From positions 1,216,001 through 1,280,000 of the forward strand of contig OZ251539.1 of the NCBI GenBank assembly GCA_965243135.1: 64,000 nt of DNA, written 5' to 3'. Positions 15,412-24,822 of this stretch are shown here, in pieces. The stretch is from Alphaproteobacteria bacterium (GTDB taxonomy: Bacteria; Pseudomonadota; Alphaproteobacteria; MPNO01; UBA830). Both the position numbers and the translations under genes were made by a program. The notes beneath the pieces are model-generated. The model had not been told where the DNA came from. It searched no databases and worked only from the letters and a program-made list of their open reading frames with translations. Each line of letters starts with the position of its first letter. Within the stretch, counting starts at the first letter, position 1.

Positions 15412-15801
15412 GCTGCCGGATCATGAGGAAGGATGGCGCGATGAGGTCGGAGGATCCGAGAGTGCTCGACATCGGCGTTGGGGCGATGCTCGCCCAGGGC
15501 CGGAGGAGTCGCGCCGGATGCTCGCGCCCGTCACGAAATTCTCGGTCGGCTTCGGGACGGCCCGAAAGAAAAACGCGAGGTTGGCGCGCCACGGCAGTTG
15601 TTCGCCGCCGCGCTCGCCCGGCGAAACATGCGGAAGGGCCGCCCCCTCCAGAGACGTCCGGCGCCGCCTCGCGGTTGCGTCTTCGGAAGACCGCAGCGAA
15701 GCAGGCAGCCGACCGGACGCCGCCAGCGCAGCGGCCGGTCGACGCTGCGGCGTAAGGCGCCTCTTTCCTCGCGAACGACACGGTTTGCCCGCCGCAAAAG
15801 C

Positions 15802-18036
15802 ATGAACAAAGCGCAATTCTCCGTCGACGCCGCACTCGTCCGCGAACTGGGCGAACGCTTGGTAGGCCGGGACCATATCGCGCTGGCCGAACTGGCGAAG
15901 AACGCTTACGACGCCGATGCTGCCAATTGCAGCATCCGCATATTCGACGACTATATCGAGATTGCCGACGACGGCCATGGCATGTCGGAGGCGGTATTCT
16001 TGGATCATTGGATGCGTATCGGCACGACCCACAAGGCCGACCGGCAGTTTTCCGAAAAGTTTAGGCGACCCCTTGCGGGGTCCAAGGGAATCGGACGCTT
16101 GTCCGTCCAGTTTCTCGCAGAAGAGATGGAACTCTACAGCACGTCGCCGGAGCGTCCGAACTCGGCGCTCTATGCGATCGTCGACTGGCGCGGCATCGAA
16201 CAAGGGAAAGACCTCGCTACGTTCAATGTCGATTGGGACTTCATTTCCGACGTGCCGGACTATGCGGCCGGCAGCCTGACGGGAACCCTGATCCGTCTCA
16301 AGAACCTGAAGACGGAATGGACCGCAGAAACGCTTCGAAGCCTCGGCGGGGAAATCTGGACTCTCCGGTCGCCGTTCGGGCGTCGATCCCGCGCCGGCAG
16401 CGCAGAAGAATTCGTCATCGATCTGGACGCGCCGAAAATCGCCGGCGCACGGGAAGCGTTCGACGCAGCGCAGACAGCTCTTTTCGACAACTGGCGCGCC
16501 CGCATCAAGGGCAACCTTACGCGGGGCCGACGAGGCGAACCGGCGCTCGTCTCCCTCGAATTCAGGCCGGGCTATCCCGACGGTTCGAGCGATGCCGAGG
16601 ATTTTTCGGAGACCGTGCCGCTGCCCGTTCGCACCGGCCCCGATGCCCCGGAACCGTTCGTCGACGAAGCTTCCTTCGAGATTCTTGTCTTCAGGACCGA
16701 GGGTCGGCAAGCTGGCGGCCTCTCCGTCCGGAACGTAAGAGACTATCTTGCAAAGTTCGGCAATGTCTCCTTATACGATGCCGGCTTTCGACTTCCCTAC
16801 TACGGCGGCAGCAATGAAACGGGCGGGCAGGACTGGCTGGGCGTGGCGGTCGACCAGGCGCGGCGGCTGAACGTTTCGAAACTGTTGCCTGACCGCCTGC
16901 AAGCTTCCAGCCGCTACATGCAGGATCTGCCGGCGCCCGGGCGGATCTTCGGCGCTGTCCATGTGAACACTGGCCACGAAGCGGCAGCGGCGCGCGCCGA
17001 GGGCGCCCTCCGACTGCAGATTCAACCGGGCCGGGATCGGCTTCACAACAATGCCGCCTTCGTTCAGTTGCGCGACCTCGTCCGTTTCTCGCTCGACCTC
17101 TACGCATTCCGATACCGGCAACTCTCGCTCCGCGCGGCCGAAAGAGAGATGCCGAAGGAACCGCCGTCGCGCACGATCGACCGTTCGCTCGCCACTATCG
17201 AACGCAACAGGGACGACATCCCCACGACCGTCTACCGTGAAGTCCGCGAAGACGTCCTCGGCGCGAAGAAAGCGGCCGCTGCCGCGGAACGGACGTTCGA
17301 AGAACGTATCGCGGCACTGGCGCCATTGGCCACCGCAGGCATGACGGCGCTGGCGCTTAACCACGAACTTGCCCGCGAAACCCGCTTCATGCAGGCTGCC
17401 TCCGACCGTCTCCGCCAGATGGCGGAGGCCCGTTCGCTGCCTGAACTGAAAGATATGGCCGACCAGTTCGACGAGCTGCGCGGTCGACTCGCGTCGATCC
17501 AGGCTCTTTTCGCTCCGCTGCTTTCCGAAGCGGATTCAGCGCCGACCGAGCGTCTGCGGGCGCTTCCGGTGATCCAACAAATCGTCGGCTCCATGCGTCC
17601 CCTTCTGCCGGGTGTCGAAGTCGATTTCACAGGCGTGCTTGGCACACTGCGGTTTCCGGTCGGATCGTTCGCCGAATGGAGCGCGATCATTCAGAATGCT
17701 CTCGCAAACGCTTGGAATGCAACGTTGGACTCCTCGCGCCGAATTATTTCATTCGACAGCGGCCGTGATCGCAGCGGACGGGACCGGCTTTTGATCAGCG
17801 ACACGGGGGGCGGCTTGGCGATGCCGCTGTCGGCATCGGACGTTTTGTTCGAGCCGTTCGAGCGCCGCTTCGAGATTAGCGACGACAACCGTTCGATCGC
17901 TATCGGCGGGCAGGGACTCGGCTTGACGCTCATTCGCATGCTGTCCGCTCGCATCGGCGCGCGAGCCCGTTTCGTGAAACCGTTGGAAAATTTCTCGACA
18001 TCGTTGGAGATCTCGTGGATGGGGGTTAAGGAATGA
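15802..18036 (+). CDS. GHKL (MORC/HATPase_c_3-type) ATPase fused to C-terminal histidine kinase
   Basis: N-term ELAKNAYDADA, DDGHGM, GSKGIGRL; C-term H-box ALNHEL, N-box NALANA, SDTGGG, FEPFER, GGQGLGL. Confidence 0.88.
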   Translation: MNKAQFSVDAALVRELGERLVGRDHIALAELAKNAYDADAANCSIRIFDDYIEIADDGHGMSEAVFLDHWMRIGTTHKADRQFSEKFRRPLAGSKGIGRLSVQFLAEEMELYSTSPERPNSALYAIVDWRGIEQGKDLATFNVDWDFISDVPDYAAGSLTGTLIRLKNLKTEWTAETLRSLGGEIWTLRSPFGRRSRAGSAEEFVIDLDAPKIAGAREAFDAAQTALFDNWRARIKGNLTRGRRGEPALVSLEFRPGYPDGSSDAEDFSETVPLPVRTGPDAPEPFVDEASFEILVFRTEGRQAGGLSVRNVRDYLAKFGNVSLYDAGFRLPYYGGSNETGGQDWLGVAVDQARRLNVSKLLPDRLQASSRYMQDLPAPGRIFGAVHVNTGHEAAAARAEGALRLQIQPGRDRLHNNAAFVQLRDLVRFSLDLYAFRYRQLSLRAAEREMPKEPPSRTIDRSLATIERNRDDIPTTVYREVREDVLGAKKAAAAAERTFEERIAALAPLATAGMTALALNHELARETRFMQAASDRLRQMAEARSLPELKDMADQFDELRGRLASIQALFAPLLSEADSAPTERLRALPVIQQIVGSMRPLLPGVEVDFTGVLGTLRFPVGSFAEWSAIIQNALANAWNATLDSSRRIISFDSGRDRSGRDRLLISDTGGGLAMPLSASDVLFEPFERRFEISDDNRSIAIGGQGLGLTLIRMLSARIGARARFVKPLENFSTSLEISWMGVKE

Positions 18037-19319
18037 AAGTTCTTGTTTGCGACGACTTGTCGGAAGACAAGGATGATTTCGGTGAAGCGATTCGGGAAGC
18101 CGATCCCAATATAGAAGTAGAGCGCTTGCACGGCACCACGTTGCCGGAAGAGCTGGACCGTTTGTTTAAGAACGTTTCAAGCATTCTGAAAGCGCCTGAT
18201 CGGCCGTCGCCGCATCCGACGAAATTCGATGAAAGTTACGACCTTGTATTTCTCGACAACAATCTGGCTTATTTGAATATTGTCGGTGCGAGGCTGACGG
18301 GCGAGGCTGTCGCCGGGTACATCAGGGCGTTTTCGTCCTCCTGTTACGTCGTGTCGCTAAACAAAAATCCCGATGTGGACTTCGACTTGCGCTACTTGAT
18401 GGGCGATTACGAGACCCGGGCGGATTTGGCGTTGAACACCGATCATCTTTCCAATCGGGCGCTGTGGACGCACAGAAAGCAAGAAGCGACAGACGGTTTT
18501 CTGCCGTCGTATTGGCCCTGCCTGAACGAAATCGGGCGGAAACGCCGCCTCCAGATAGGTTTTGTTTTGGAAAACCTGAACCGGCCTGTTCTGGAGGTAT
18601 TCCAATTCGATGAAAATGCGGTAGAAATGCTGTCCAGACATGCGAAAGGGACGCTTTTCCAATCTCCGAGCGCGAACGCTTCCGCTGTCGAAGATTCCAA
18701 TTTTGACAAAGCGACGTTTATGGATTTATTTTCCGCCTCAAGGCGTTTCCTTCCTGTTCCGAAAGAAAGGGAATGCATAAGGGCGGCGGCCGAGAAGAAT
18801 TCTCAAAATGCGAAACGGATCGTCGCCCGCGTGGTTGCGGCGACAATCGATCACTGGTTCCGCCGCGATGTCCTCGGCCCACAGGAAGTTCTCGTGGACA
18901 TGGCTCATTTGCTGCCGCGCATGCCGTTTCTCTTGGGCACGGGAGCAAGCGACGTCGACCGCTGGAACGCCGCGCTCGAAGCCGATGATCCACTGTCCGC
19001 TCTGGATCGCGCCTTGGTCGAAAAGCACCTATGGGGGAGCCTTTTTCCTCATGATATTTGGATCCCATCTCCTTGTTTCTGGTGGAACAGGCTTCAAGAC
19101 AACGAAGAGCTGAACGAGTTTTTCTTTCAGGAAGACACGAACTGGGCTTCCGTTGTTTTTTGCGAGGATAAATCCGAATTCGTTCCACGACCCGACGACG
19201 ATCAATCGCCGCCGTTCGAATTTGCCGCCGAATACGAAAGCGGCGCATGGAACCGGCGTTTCGTAAATTCCATCGAAGGATTTAGATATGGTCCGAAAAG
19301 TCGCTTTGCTGCTCCGTGA
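18033..19319 (+). CDS. Receiver (REC)-domain protein with large unknown C-terminal region
   Basis: MKVLVCDD...YDLVFLDNNL...GEAVAGYIR; ATGA overlap with kinase stop. Confidence 0.75.
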   Translation: MKVLVCDDLSEDKDDFGEAIREADPNIEVERLHGTTLPEELDRLFKNVSSILKAPDRPSPHPTKFDESYDLVFLDNNLAYLNIVGARLTGEAVAGYIRAFSSSCYVVSLNKNPDVDFDLRYLMGDYETRADLALNTDHLSNRALWTHRKQEATDGFLPSYWPCLNEIGRKRRLQIGFVLENLNRPVLEVFQFDENAVEMLSRHAKGTLFQSPSANASAVEDSNFDKATFMDLFSASRRFLPVPKERECIRAAAEKNSQNAKRIVARVVAATIDHWFRRDVLGPQEVLVDMAHLLPRMPFLLGTGASDVDRWNAALEADDPLSALDRALVEKHLWGSLFPHDIWIPSPCFWWNRLQDNEELNEFFFQEDTNWASVVFCEDKSEFVPRPDDDQSPPFEFAAEYESGAWNRRFVNSIEGFRYGPKSRFAAP

Positions 19320-19356
19320 TTTTTGTATTCGACGAAGCAATATTGGCCGCATTAAA

Positions 19357-19974
19357 ATGGATTACATGGAACTTATGCGCGGCTATGCGATCACCGGGGT
19401 GCGCGATTGGAAATCAAAAGCGCCCGAATCCATAAGGAAAAACGCTTTGGAGTGCTTAGCGCACAGGTATCTGGCGGAGGAGGAACAATATATTGACAAC
19501 ATCTTGCGGCAAGAGAAATCTAGCCCCTCGCCGAGATTCATTCCGATGCCGCGACCGGGTTTCAGAAGATCGACAAAAAAGCGTTTTCAATGGACGTTCT
19601 TTGCGCCCGTCGGATTGGATGATATAATGAGTTTTGAGTTGTTGATTTTGTACGAAAAAAGGCAATGTCTTGCGTTTCGTTTGGAACCAGGACATCCTGA
19701 AAGCAGATCGCATAATTATACGCATATTCAATTCAACCAAGATTTGTACAAAAAGAGAATTCAAGTCGCAGGAATCCCGCCTTTCATTTCTGACAGCTTT
19801 CCAGCCTTTCCGTTGCCGGGTTCGGATGCCATCTCGTTGTTTTTTGCTATGATTGTTGCCGTTCACGGATACCAAGGAACCCTCAACATAATACAGCGTG
19901 TGTTTCAGGCGGGCAGTGGTTCAGAGAAAGTTAGTAAGTATTTGATACATTTAAGAAATCTGTTAAGAGTCTAA
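19357..19974 (+). CDS. Hypothetical protein (low GC, HxxxH motif)
   Basis: FRLEPGHPESRSHNYTHIQF...SFPAFPLP; true start may be GTG 19316 (GTGA overlap) with a 1-nt slip in AAAA at about 19355. Confidence 0.65.
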   Translation: MDYMELMRGYAITGVRDWKSKAPESIRKNALECLAHRYLAEEEQYIDNILRQEKSSPSPRFIPMPRPGFRRSTKKRFQWTFFAPVGLDDIMSFELLILYEKRQCLAFRLEPGHPESRSHNYTHIQFNQDLYKKRIQVAGIPPFISDSFPAFPLPGSDAISLFFAMIVAVHGYQGTLNIIQRVFQAGSGSEKVSKYLIHLRNLLRV

Positions 19975-21402
19975 TGGAACGGTAGCTAAAAATCGTCGGT
20001 AGCAGCGTATGTATCCGCCCTTGATCTTTGGCGCTATGCCTACCAACGCCCGTTCCAGCCCTCCGTCCTTCAACCTCCCGTACAACTCGTCGACGTCATC
20101 GTCCGGTGCGAAGATTGCATAGACGCCGTGCGAAGGGATCGCCCCCGACCTGTCCACCGCAAGCCGGGGAACCTTGGCGAGTTCCGGAAGAACGAGCTTC
20201 GGCCGTGCCCAGTCGACAGCGAGCGTTCGGTCGATCGTCCGGTACCAGGCCGCTCCGTTTCTGACGATCGAGCGATTTTCGAGTTTGGTTTTGAAGCGCT
20301 CCAGGCGAGCGGCCAGCAATGGAAAACGGTCGAGGTCTATCAGCCTTCCGTCGTCGTCGTGCATGGCGACGACGCGGCGTCCGCGCCACGTCACACGCCC
20401 CTCCGAGATTTCCGAGCCGTCGATCCACGGGCGAAGAAGTTCCTGTTCGACGTCGTTCTCCTCGGGTCGGAGGACGAACGCGGGCGTATGGCCCAGCGCC
20501 GGTCCGACCCGAATCAGGCAGTTCGCGTCCGCCAGCGTCCGGCGCCTCGCGCCCGCAGAGGCCTTTCGCTTTTCCGCTCTCTTGGATGCGACCAGAATCG
20601 ACGGATAGGCGTCCACGCCGGTTGCAAAGGCTTCCGCCGCGTCGATCGATCTCTCGGAGATTATCTTCAAACGCGGCGTCCATTTGTCGCGGAAGGCTTG
20701 ACCAAAGGCCATGAAACGCCAGCGGTCGGAACACAGAAATCCGCACCGCCCGCCGACCTCCAGAAAATCCAGCGCCATGTCGAGAAAGGGCAGGAAGAGA
20801 TCGCCGCCCGTCACTTTGCCGGGCAGACGCGCGGCATAGCGGGATTTGAGCGGTTCCGGGATCTTTGACCAACGAATGTAGGGCGGATTCCCGACTGCAT
20901 GCGTAAAATTCCAGTTCCCGGGTTCAGCCATGAGAAAATCTTCGTCGGCAATCCAGGCGTTGACGCAGGCGGTCGCCGTCCGGTGGTGCAAACCGGACTT
21001 CAGGAGCGTTTTCCAGACGCGCATTCGCGCTTCGCCCGCGGCGGCGGGGTGGATCTCGAAAGCGCTGATCCTATCGACGAGCTGCGCCGCCTTCGGATCG
21101 ATGTCTCGCCTCCTGAACGAAGCGATCAGGCGCTCTGCCGCAGCGACGAGGAACGCGCCGTTCCCCGCGGCCGGCTCCAAAAGGCGAGTTTCGGCGAGAT
21201 CGGCGCCGCTCGTCCACCCCACGGCGTCGAGAATCTCGTTCACGATTTCCGGTTTCGTGTAAACCCCGCATCGCGCATGGAGTTCCTGCACGGCGCGGTC
21301 GACGACCGGTTCCCTGCTTCTCTCCTTTCGCGGGCTCGTATCGTCCCCGGAGGCCGGAACGGCCGCCGTTCCCGGTGCCGCCAGGCTCCCGCCGTCGCCC
21401 AT
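19963..21402 (-). CDS. N6-adenine DNA methyltransferase (gamma class, TaqI/Eco57I-like)
   Basis: GVYTKPEIV, motif I LLEPAAGNGAF, motif IV VGNPPY, GDLFLPF; start uncertain. Confidence 0.88.
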   Translation of the reverse strand: MGDGGSLAAPGTAAVPASGDDTSPRKERSREPVVDRAVQELHARCGVYTKPEIVNEILDAVGWTSGADLAETRLLEPAAGNGAFLVAAAERLIASFRRRDIDPKAAQLVDRISAFEIHPAAAGEARMRVWKTLLKSGLHHRTATACVNAWIADEDFLMAEPGNWNFTHAVGNPPYIRWSKIPEPLKSRYAARLPGKVTGGDLFLPFLDMALDFLEVGGRCGFLCSDRWRFMAFGQAFRDKWTPRLKIISERSIDAAEAFATGVDAYPSILVASKRAEKRKASAGARRRTLADANCLIRVGPALGHTPAFVLRPEENDVEQELLRPWIDGSEISEGRVTWRGRRVVAMHDDDGRLIDLDRFPLLAARLERFKTKLENRSIVRNGAAWYRTIDRTLAVDWARPKLVLPELAKVPRLAVDRSGAIPSHGVYAIFAPDDDVDELYGRLKDGGLERALVGIAPKIKGGYIRCYRRFLATVPLDS

Positions 21403-21439
21403 GCGCCGGGGCGCGGTTTGCGATATGATGCCGTTCGTA

Positions 21440-22588
21440 ATGATTGTCGCAGGCCTCTTTGCCGGAATAGGAGGTTTCGAACACGCCTTCGCCCAAGCGG
21501 GGTTCGAAACCCGTTTGCTCGCCGAGATCGATCACGCGGCGCGGGCGATCCTAGAGGAACGCTTTCCGGGGATCCAGATCGGAAAGGACGTGGCACGCTT
21601 GACGGAGCTCCCGCACGGCACGGAGATCGTAACCGCCGGATTTCCTTGCCAGAACCTGAGCATGGCGGGCGACAAGTCCGGCATCGACGGCGACAAGTCT
21701 TCCGCCGTGAAAGCGATTTTTCCGCTGATAGAGCGGGCGAACGTCGGCACCGTCGTTATAGAGAACGTTTACTTCATGCTGCAGCTCAAATCCGGCGATG
21801 CCATGCGCTGGCTGGTCGAGCAGTTCGAGAAGCTGGAGTTCAAGTGGGCGTACCGCGTCCTGGATACCATGGGCTTCGGACTACCGCAGCGCCGCCGTCG
21901 CGTGTACATGGTGGCCAGTCGGGAGATCGACCCCCGGAGCGTGCTATTTGCGGATGACGCTCACGCCTCCGTGGCCGAGAATTACGATCTGAGAAAGCCC
22001 TTGGGATTCTATTGGACCGAAGGGCGATCCGGCGTCGGCTTCGTGTCGGACGCCATCCCGCCGATCAAGGCCGGCTCGTCGTTGGGAATTCCGTCGCCGC
22101 CCGCCGCGCTTTTTCCTGACGGCGAGGTCCTGATGCCCGACATCGCCGCTTGCGAACGCCTCCAGGGATTTCCGGAAGGATGGACCTTTCCCGCCGAAGA
22201 CAGGGGTACGAGAGGCGTCCGTTGGCGCTTGATCGGCAACGCTGTTTCCGTACCGGTCGCGCAATGGATCGCCGGGCGCCTCAGAGAACCCGGAACGCCT
22301 CGGGAGTTCGACGTCTTCGAACTCGGCGACGGCGACCGCTGGCCGGCTTCCGGCTGGAACGTCGGAGACGGTCGGATCGGCGCAATCGCCTCGGACAAGC
22401 CGTTCGACGCCCGCCCGCCGTCGATCGCGACATTCCGGGATGCGTCCTGGTCGAGGTTGTCCGACCGTGCATTGAACGGCTTTATCGGACGCGCCGTCGA
22501 GGGAGGCCTGAGAATGCCGCCGGGTTTTCTCGAAGCTCTTCGCTCGGCGGATCGCAGACCCCCAAGCCGCCAAAGGACGCGCAGGTAA
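21440..22588 (+). CDS. dcm: DNA (cytosine-5)-methyltransferase
   Basis: LFAGIGG, GFPCQ, ENV, PQRRRRVY, ERLQGFP, IGNAV. Confidence 0.93.
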   Translation: MIVAGLFAGIGGFEHAFAQAGFETRLLAEIDHAARAILEERFPGIQIGKDVARLTELPHGTEIVTAGFPCQNLSMAGDKSGIDGDKSSAVKAIFPLIERANVGTVVIENVYFMLQLKSGDAMRWLVEQFEKLEFKWAYRVLDTMGFGLPQRRRRVYMVASREIDPRSVLFADDAHASVAENYDLRKPLGFYWTEGRSGVGFVSDAIPPIKAGSSLGIPSPPAALFPDGEVLMPDIAACERLQGFPEGWTFPAEDRGTRGVRWRLIGNAVSVPVAQWIAGRLREPGTPREFDVFELGDGDRWPASGWNVGDGRIGAIASDKPFDARPPSIATFRDASWSRLSDRALNGFIGRAVEGGLRMPPGFLEALRSADRRPPSRQRTRR

Positions 22589-22660
22589 CCGGCATCGCGA
22601 GCCCGAACCGCTGCCGCGCAATCATGTCGAAGGTTTGGCGGAAGGATACGAAGCTGACAT
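22585..22660 (+). pseudogene. Very-short-patch repair endonuclease (vsr) N-terminal relic
   Basis: VTGIASPNRCRAIMSKVWRKDTKL resembles the Vsr N-terminus (MxDIVSPEKRSxxMSRIRxKDTKPE) and starts on the dcm stop. Confidence 0.55.
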
Positions 22661-22679
22661 GCGACGCCCTTCGACGAGC

Positions 22680-22810
22680 TACCGCTGCTGTCTGCAAAAG
22701 CTCCCCGGCGCGCGATACTTCGTCCGGGTCGCCGACGGCGAACCCCTCGCCGTCCTCGACTTCGGCGCCGCAACCTGGAAGATCGCGCATCAGGACAAGA
22801 TCGTCGGAAC
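22680..22810 (+). pseudogene. DUF4338 fragment (likely IS relic)
   Basis: QKLPGARYFVRVADGEPLAVLDFGAATWKIAHQDKIVG resembles DUF4338 GAQxRY...LGFGAAAWKxAPRDxFIGW. Confidence 0.5.
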
Positions 22811-23333
22811 CGCCGCCTTGCCGCCGACGGTCACCGAGGCCTGCCTTGGGTTCGGAACCTCGCGTCCCTCGCTCTGGTGACGACCGCCCGATGACGGGAA
22901 GCGCCGCTACGCATCGGTTCTTCTCAAGACGTTCTGCAAGACTCCGCGCTTCGAAGGAACCCACGCCGCCAGCAAGGCAGGGCCGCGAAGCGCCCGGGAC
23001 GCACCGTTCAACTGGCTGAAGCCCCTGCGCCGGGATCGGAGGCGGATCCTCAACAACGTCACCCCACAACCGAACGCTTACTGAAGCACAGGCCGCGCTT
23101 GTACCTGCGAAAAACTTGAGCTTGCGTTCGAAATCCTTCAACGCCGATCTTGTCGTCGGCGCGGGGACGACGAGATTATCGTTGACGCTGCCACGCAGGA
23201 CGGCGTCGTTGGCGGGACGCGCCATCGTTGCCTGCAATCTTGGAGAGAGGTTTGCACGCCTGCAAAAGAGGCTTGAAATCCGGGTCGCACCGGATTACTG
23301 TACGCCGCGATGGCCTGTCCTTGGCGGGTTTTG

Positions 23334-23346
23334 TAATAATTTGATT
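23334..23346 (-). promoter_or_regulatory. IHF-consensus site upstream of coaD
   Basis: Reverse complement AATCAAATTATTA fits WATCAANNNNTTR. Confidence 0.35.
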
Positions 23347-23428
23347 TAATTGCAAAATTCTGCGATTCAACCAAGCGAGATGCGCGGGTTGGGCTCTCCC
23401 GGACGGCGACACTGGCATGGAAGGCACG

Positions 23429-23956
23429 ATGGCTGGCAAACGGGTGGGAATTTATCCAGGCACTTTCGATCCGGTCACTTACGGGCATATCGACATAATC
23501 GGCCGGGCCGCGAAGCTGCTGGACAGAGTTGTGGTCGCCGTGGCCATCAATACGGGCAAGGCCCCGATATTCGGAATCGAGGAACGGATGGAGGTCGCTC
23601 GCGAAGAGATCTCCCATCTGCCGGACGACGTCGCGCAGCGGATCGAAGTGATGCAGGTGGAAGGTTTGCTCATCGAGTTCGCGCACAAGGTGGGAGCCAA
23701 CATAATCATTCGCGGCTTGCGGGCCGTTTCGGACTTCGACTACGAGTTCCAGATGGCGAGCATGAACGCGAAGATGGCGCCCGACGTGGAAACGGTCTGC
23801 CTCATGGCTTCGGACAAATTCCAGTTCATAGCGTCGAGCCTGGTCAAGGAGATCGCCAAGCTGAACGGCGACGTGAGCCCGTTCGTGTCGCCGCGAATCG
23901 CCGACCGGCTGGCGAAACGTTTCCATGACCAGCAGAACGCCGCGCAGCGCGGTTGA
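23429..23956 (+). CDS. coaD: Phosphopantetheine adenylyltransferase
   Basis: IYPGTFDPVTYGHIDII, IRGLRAVSDFDYEFQMA, SSLVKEIA. Confidence 0.97.
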   Translation: MAGKRVGIYPGTFDPVTYGHIDIIGRAAKLLDRVVVAVAINTGKAPIFGIEERMEVAREEISHLPDDVAQRIEVMQVEGLLIEFAHKVGANIIIRGLRAVSDFDYEFQMASMNAKMAPDVETVCLMASDKFQFIASSLVKEIAKLNGDVSPFVSPRIADRLAKRFHDQQNAAQRG

Positions 23957-23991
23957 CCGTCGCGCGTCACCTTCCTATTTTCCGCCCGGTG

Positions 23992-24067
23992 GCGCCCATA
24001 GCTCAGGTGGTAGAGCAACTGACTTTTAATCAGTGGGTCCCAGGTTCGAGTCCTGGTGGGCGCACCA
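23992..24067 (+). tRNA. tRNA-Lys (anticodon TTT)
   Basis: Acceptor stem GCGCCCA/TGGGCGC, anticodon arm ACTGA-CTTTTAA-TCAGT, GGTTCGAGTCC T-arm, encoded CCA; 76 nt. Confidence 0.97.
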
Positions 24068-24150
24068 GTCCGCGATCGGCGCTGCCCCGAACGCCGAAGC
24101 CTCGGCGCCTCGCCGGGCGGACCGAGCGGCCTGGATGAGGATCGCGAGGC

Positions 24151-24723
24151 ATGCAGCGCAAAGGCAATCTCCGTTACGTCTTTGGTTTCGCCGCCGCCGC
24201 CGTTTTTTCCCCTTCCGCGAACGCCGAACAGGTATTCGTCAAAGCCGCGGCGCCGCTGGACGAACCGAGAGGTCTCTGTCTCGACATTCCCGGACATCGC
24301 AGTCGCGTAAACGTCGACGCTCCCCTTGTCGTCCATACATGCAAGTGGGGGCTTTGGAATTTCGACGAACGGTTCGACGGCGACGCGCTGGCGAAAGGCG
24401 AACTGCGCATGCCCGAATACGGGTTGTGCGCCGGCGTCCGCGCGCCTGTCGAGGGAACGGAGATCCAGCTGGCCGACTGCGACGGAACGGCGCTCCGGCG
24501 CTGGACGTTCGCGGACAAGCGGCTGCGCCTTGCCGCCGCGCCGGACATGTGCCTCACGGTCGGGCCCGAGCCGTCGCAACTGACGCCGGGCGGGCGGCGG
24601 CTGCCTTCCCGGCACGTCGCCAGATCGCTCGCGCTCGAAGCGTGCAGTGATTCGGCGAAAACGCGGCAAACCTGGGAAACCGTCGCGCCGGACAGGGAAG
24701 GCGGGACGAGAAGGAGCGAGTGA
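24151..24723 (+). CDS. Secreted ricin-type beta-trefoil lectin-like protein
   Basis: Signal peptide (..SANA|EQ), LDEPRGLCLDIPG, repeated Cys motifs (HTCK, LADCD, MCLTV, EACSD) with Trp. Confidence 0.7.
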   Translation: MQRKGNLRYVFGFAAAAVFSPSANAEQVFVKAAAPLDEPRGLCLDIPGHRSRVNVDAPLVVHTCKWGLWNFDERFDGDALAKGELRMPEYGLCAGVRAPVEGTEIQLADCDGTALRRWTFADKRLRLAAAPDMCLTVGPEPSQLTPGGRRLPSRHVARSLALEACSDSAKTRQTWETVAPDREGGTRRSE

Positions 24724-24822
24724 CGCGCGGCCGCGCGCCGCTTCGCTTTCCTCGGGCGCGCCCGCGCCGCCGGTTCGGCGGCCGGCAGGCGACGGCGCCC
24801 GGAACGAGGGGTGCGCCGCCCG

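Noticed and set aside
23992-24067. tRNA-Lys as an island integration site
   Set aside because: No duplicated tRNA 3' end or integrase seen in the window
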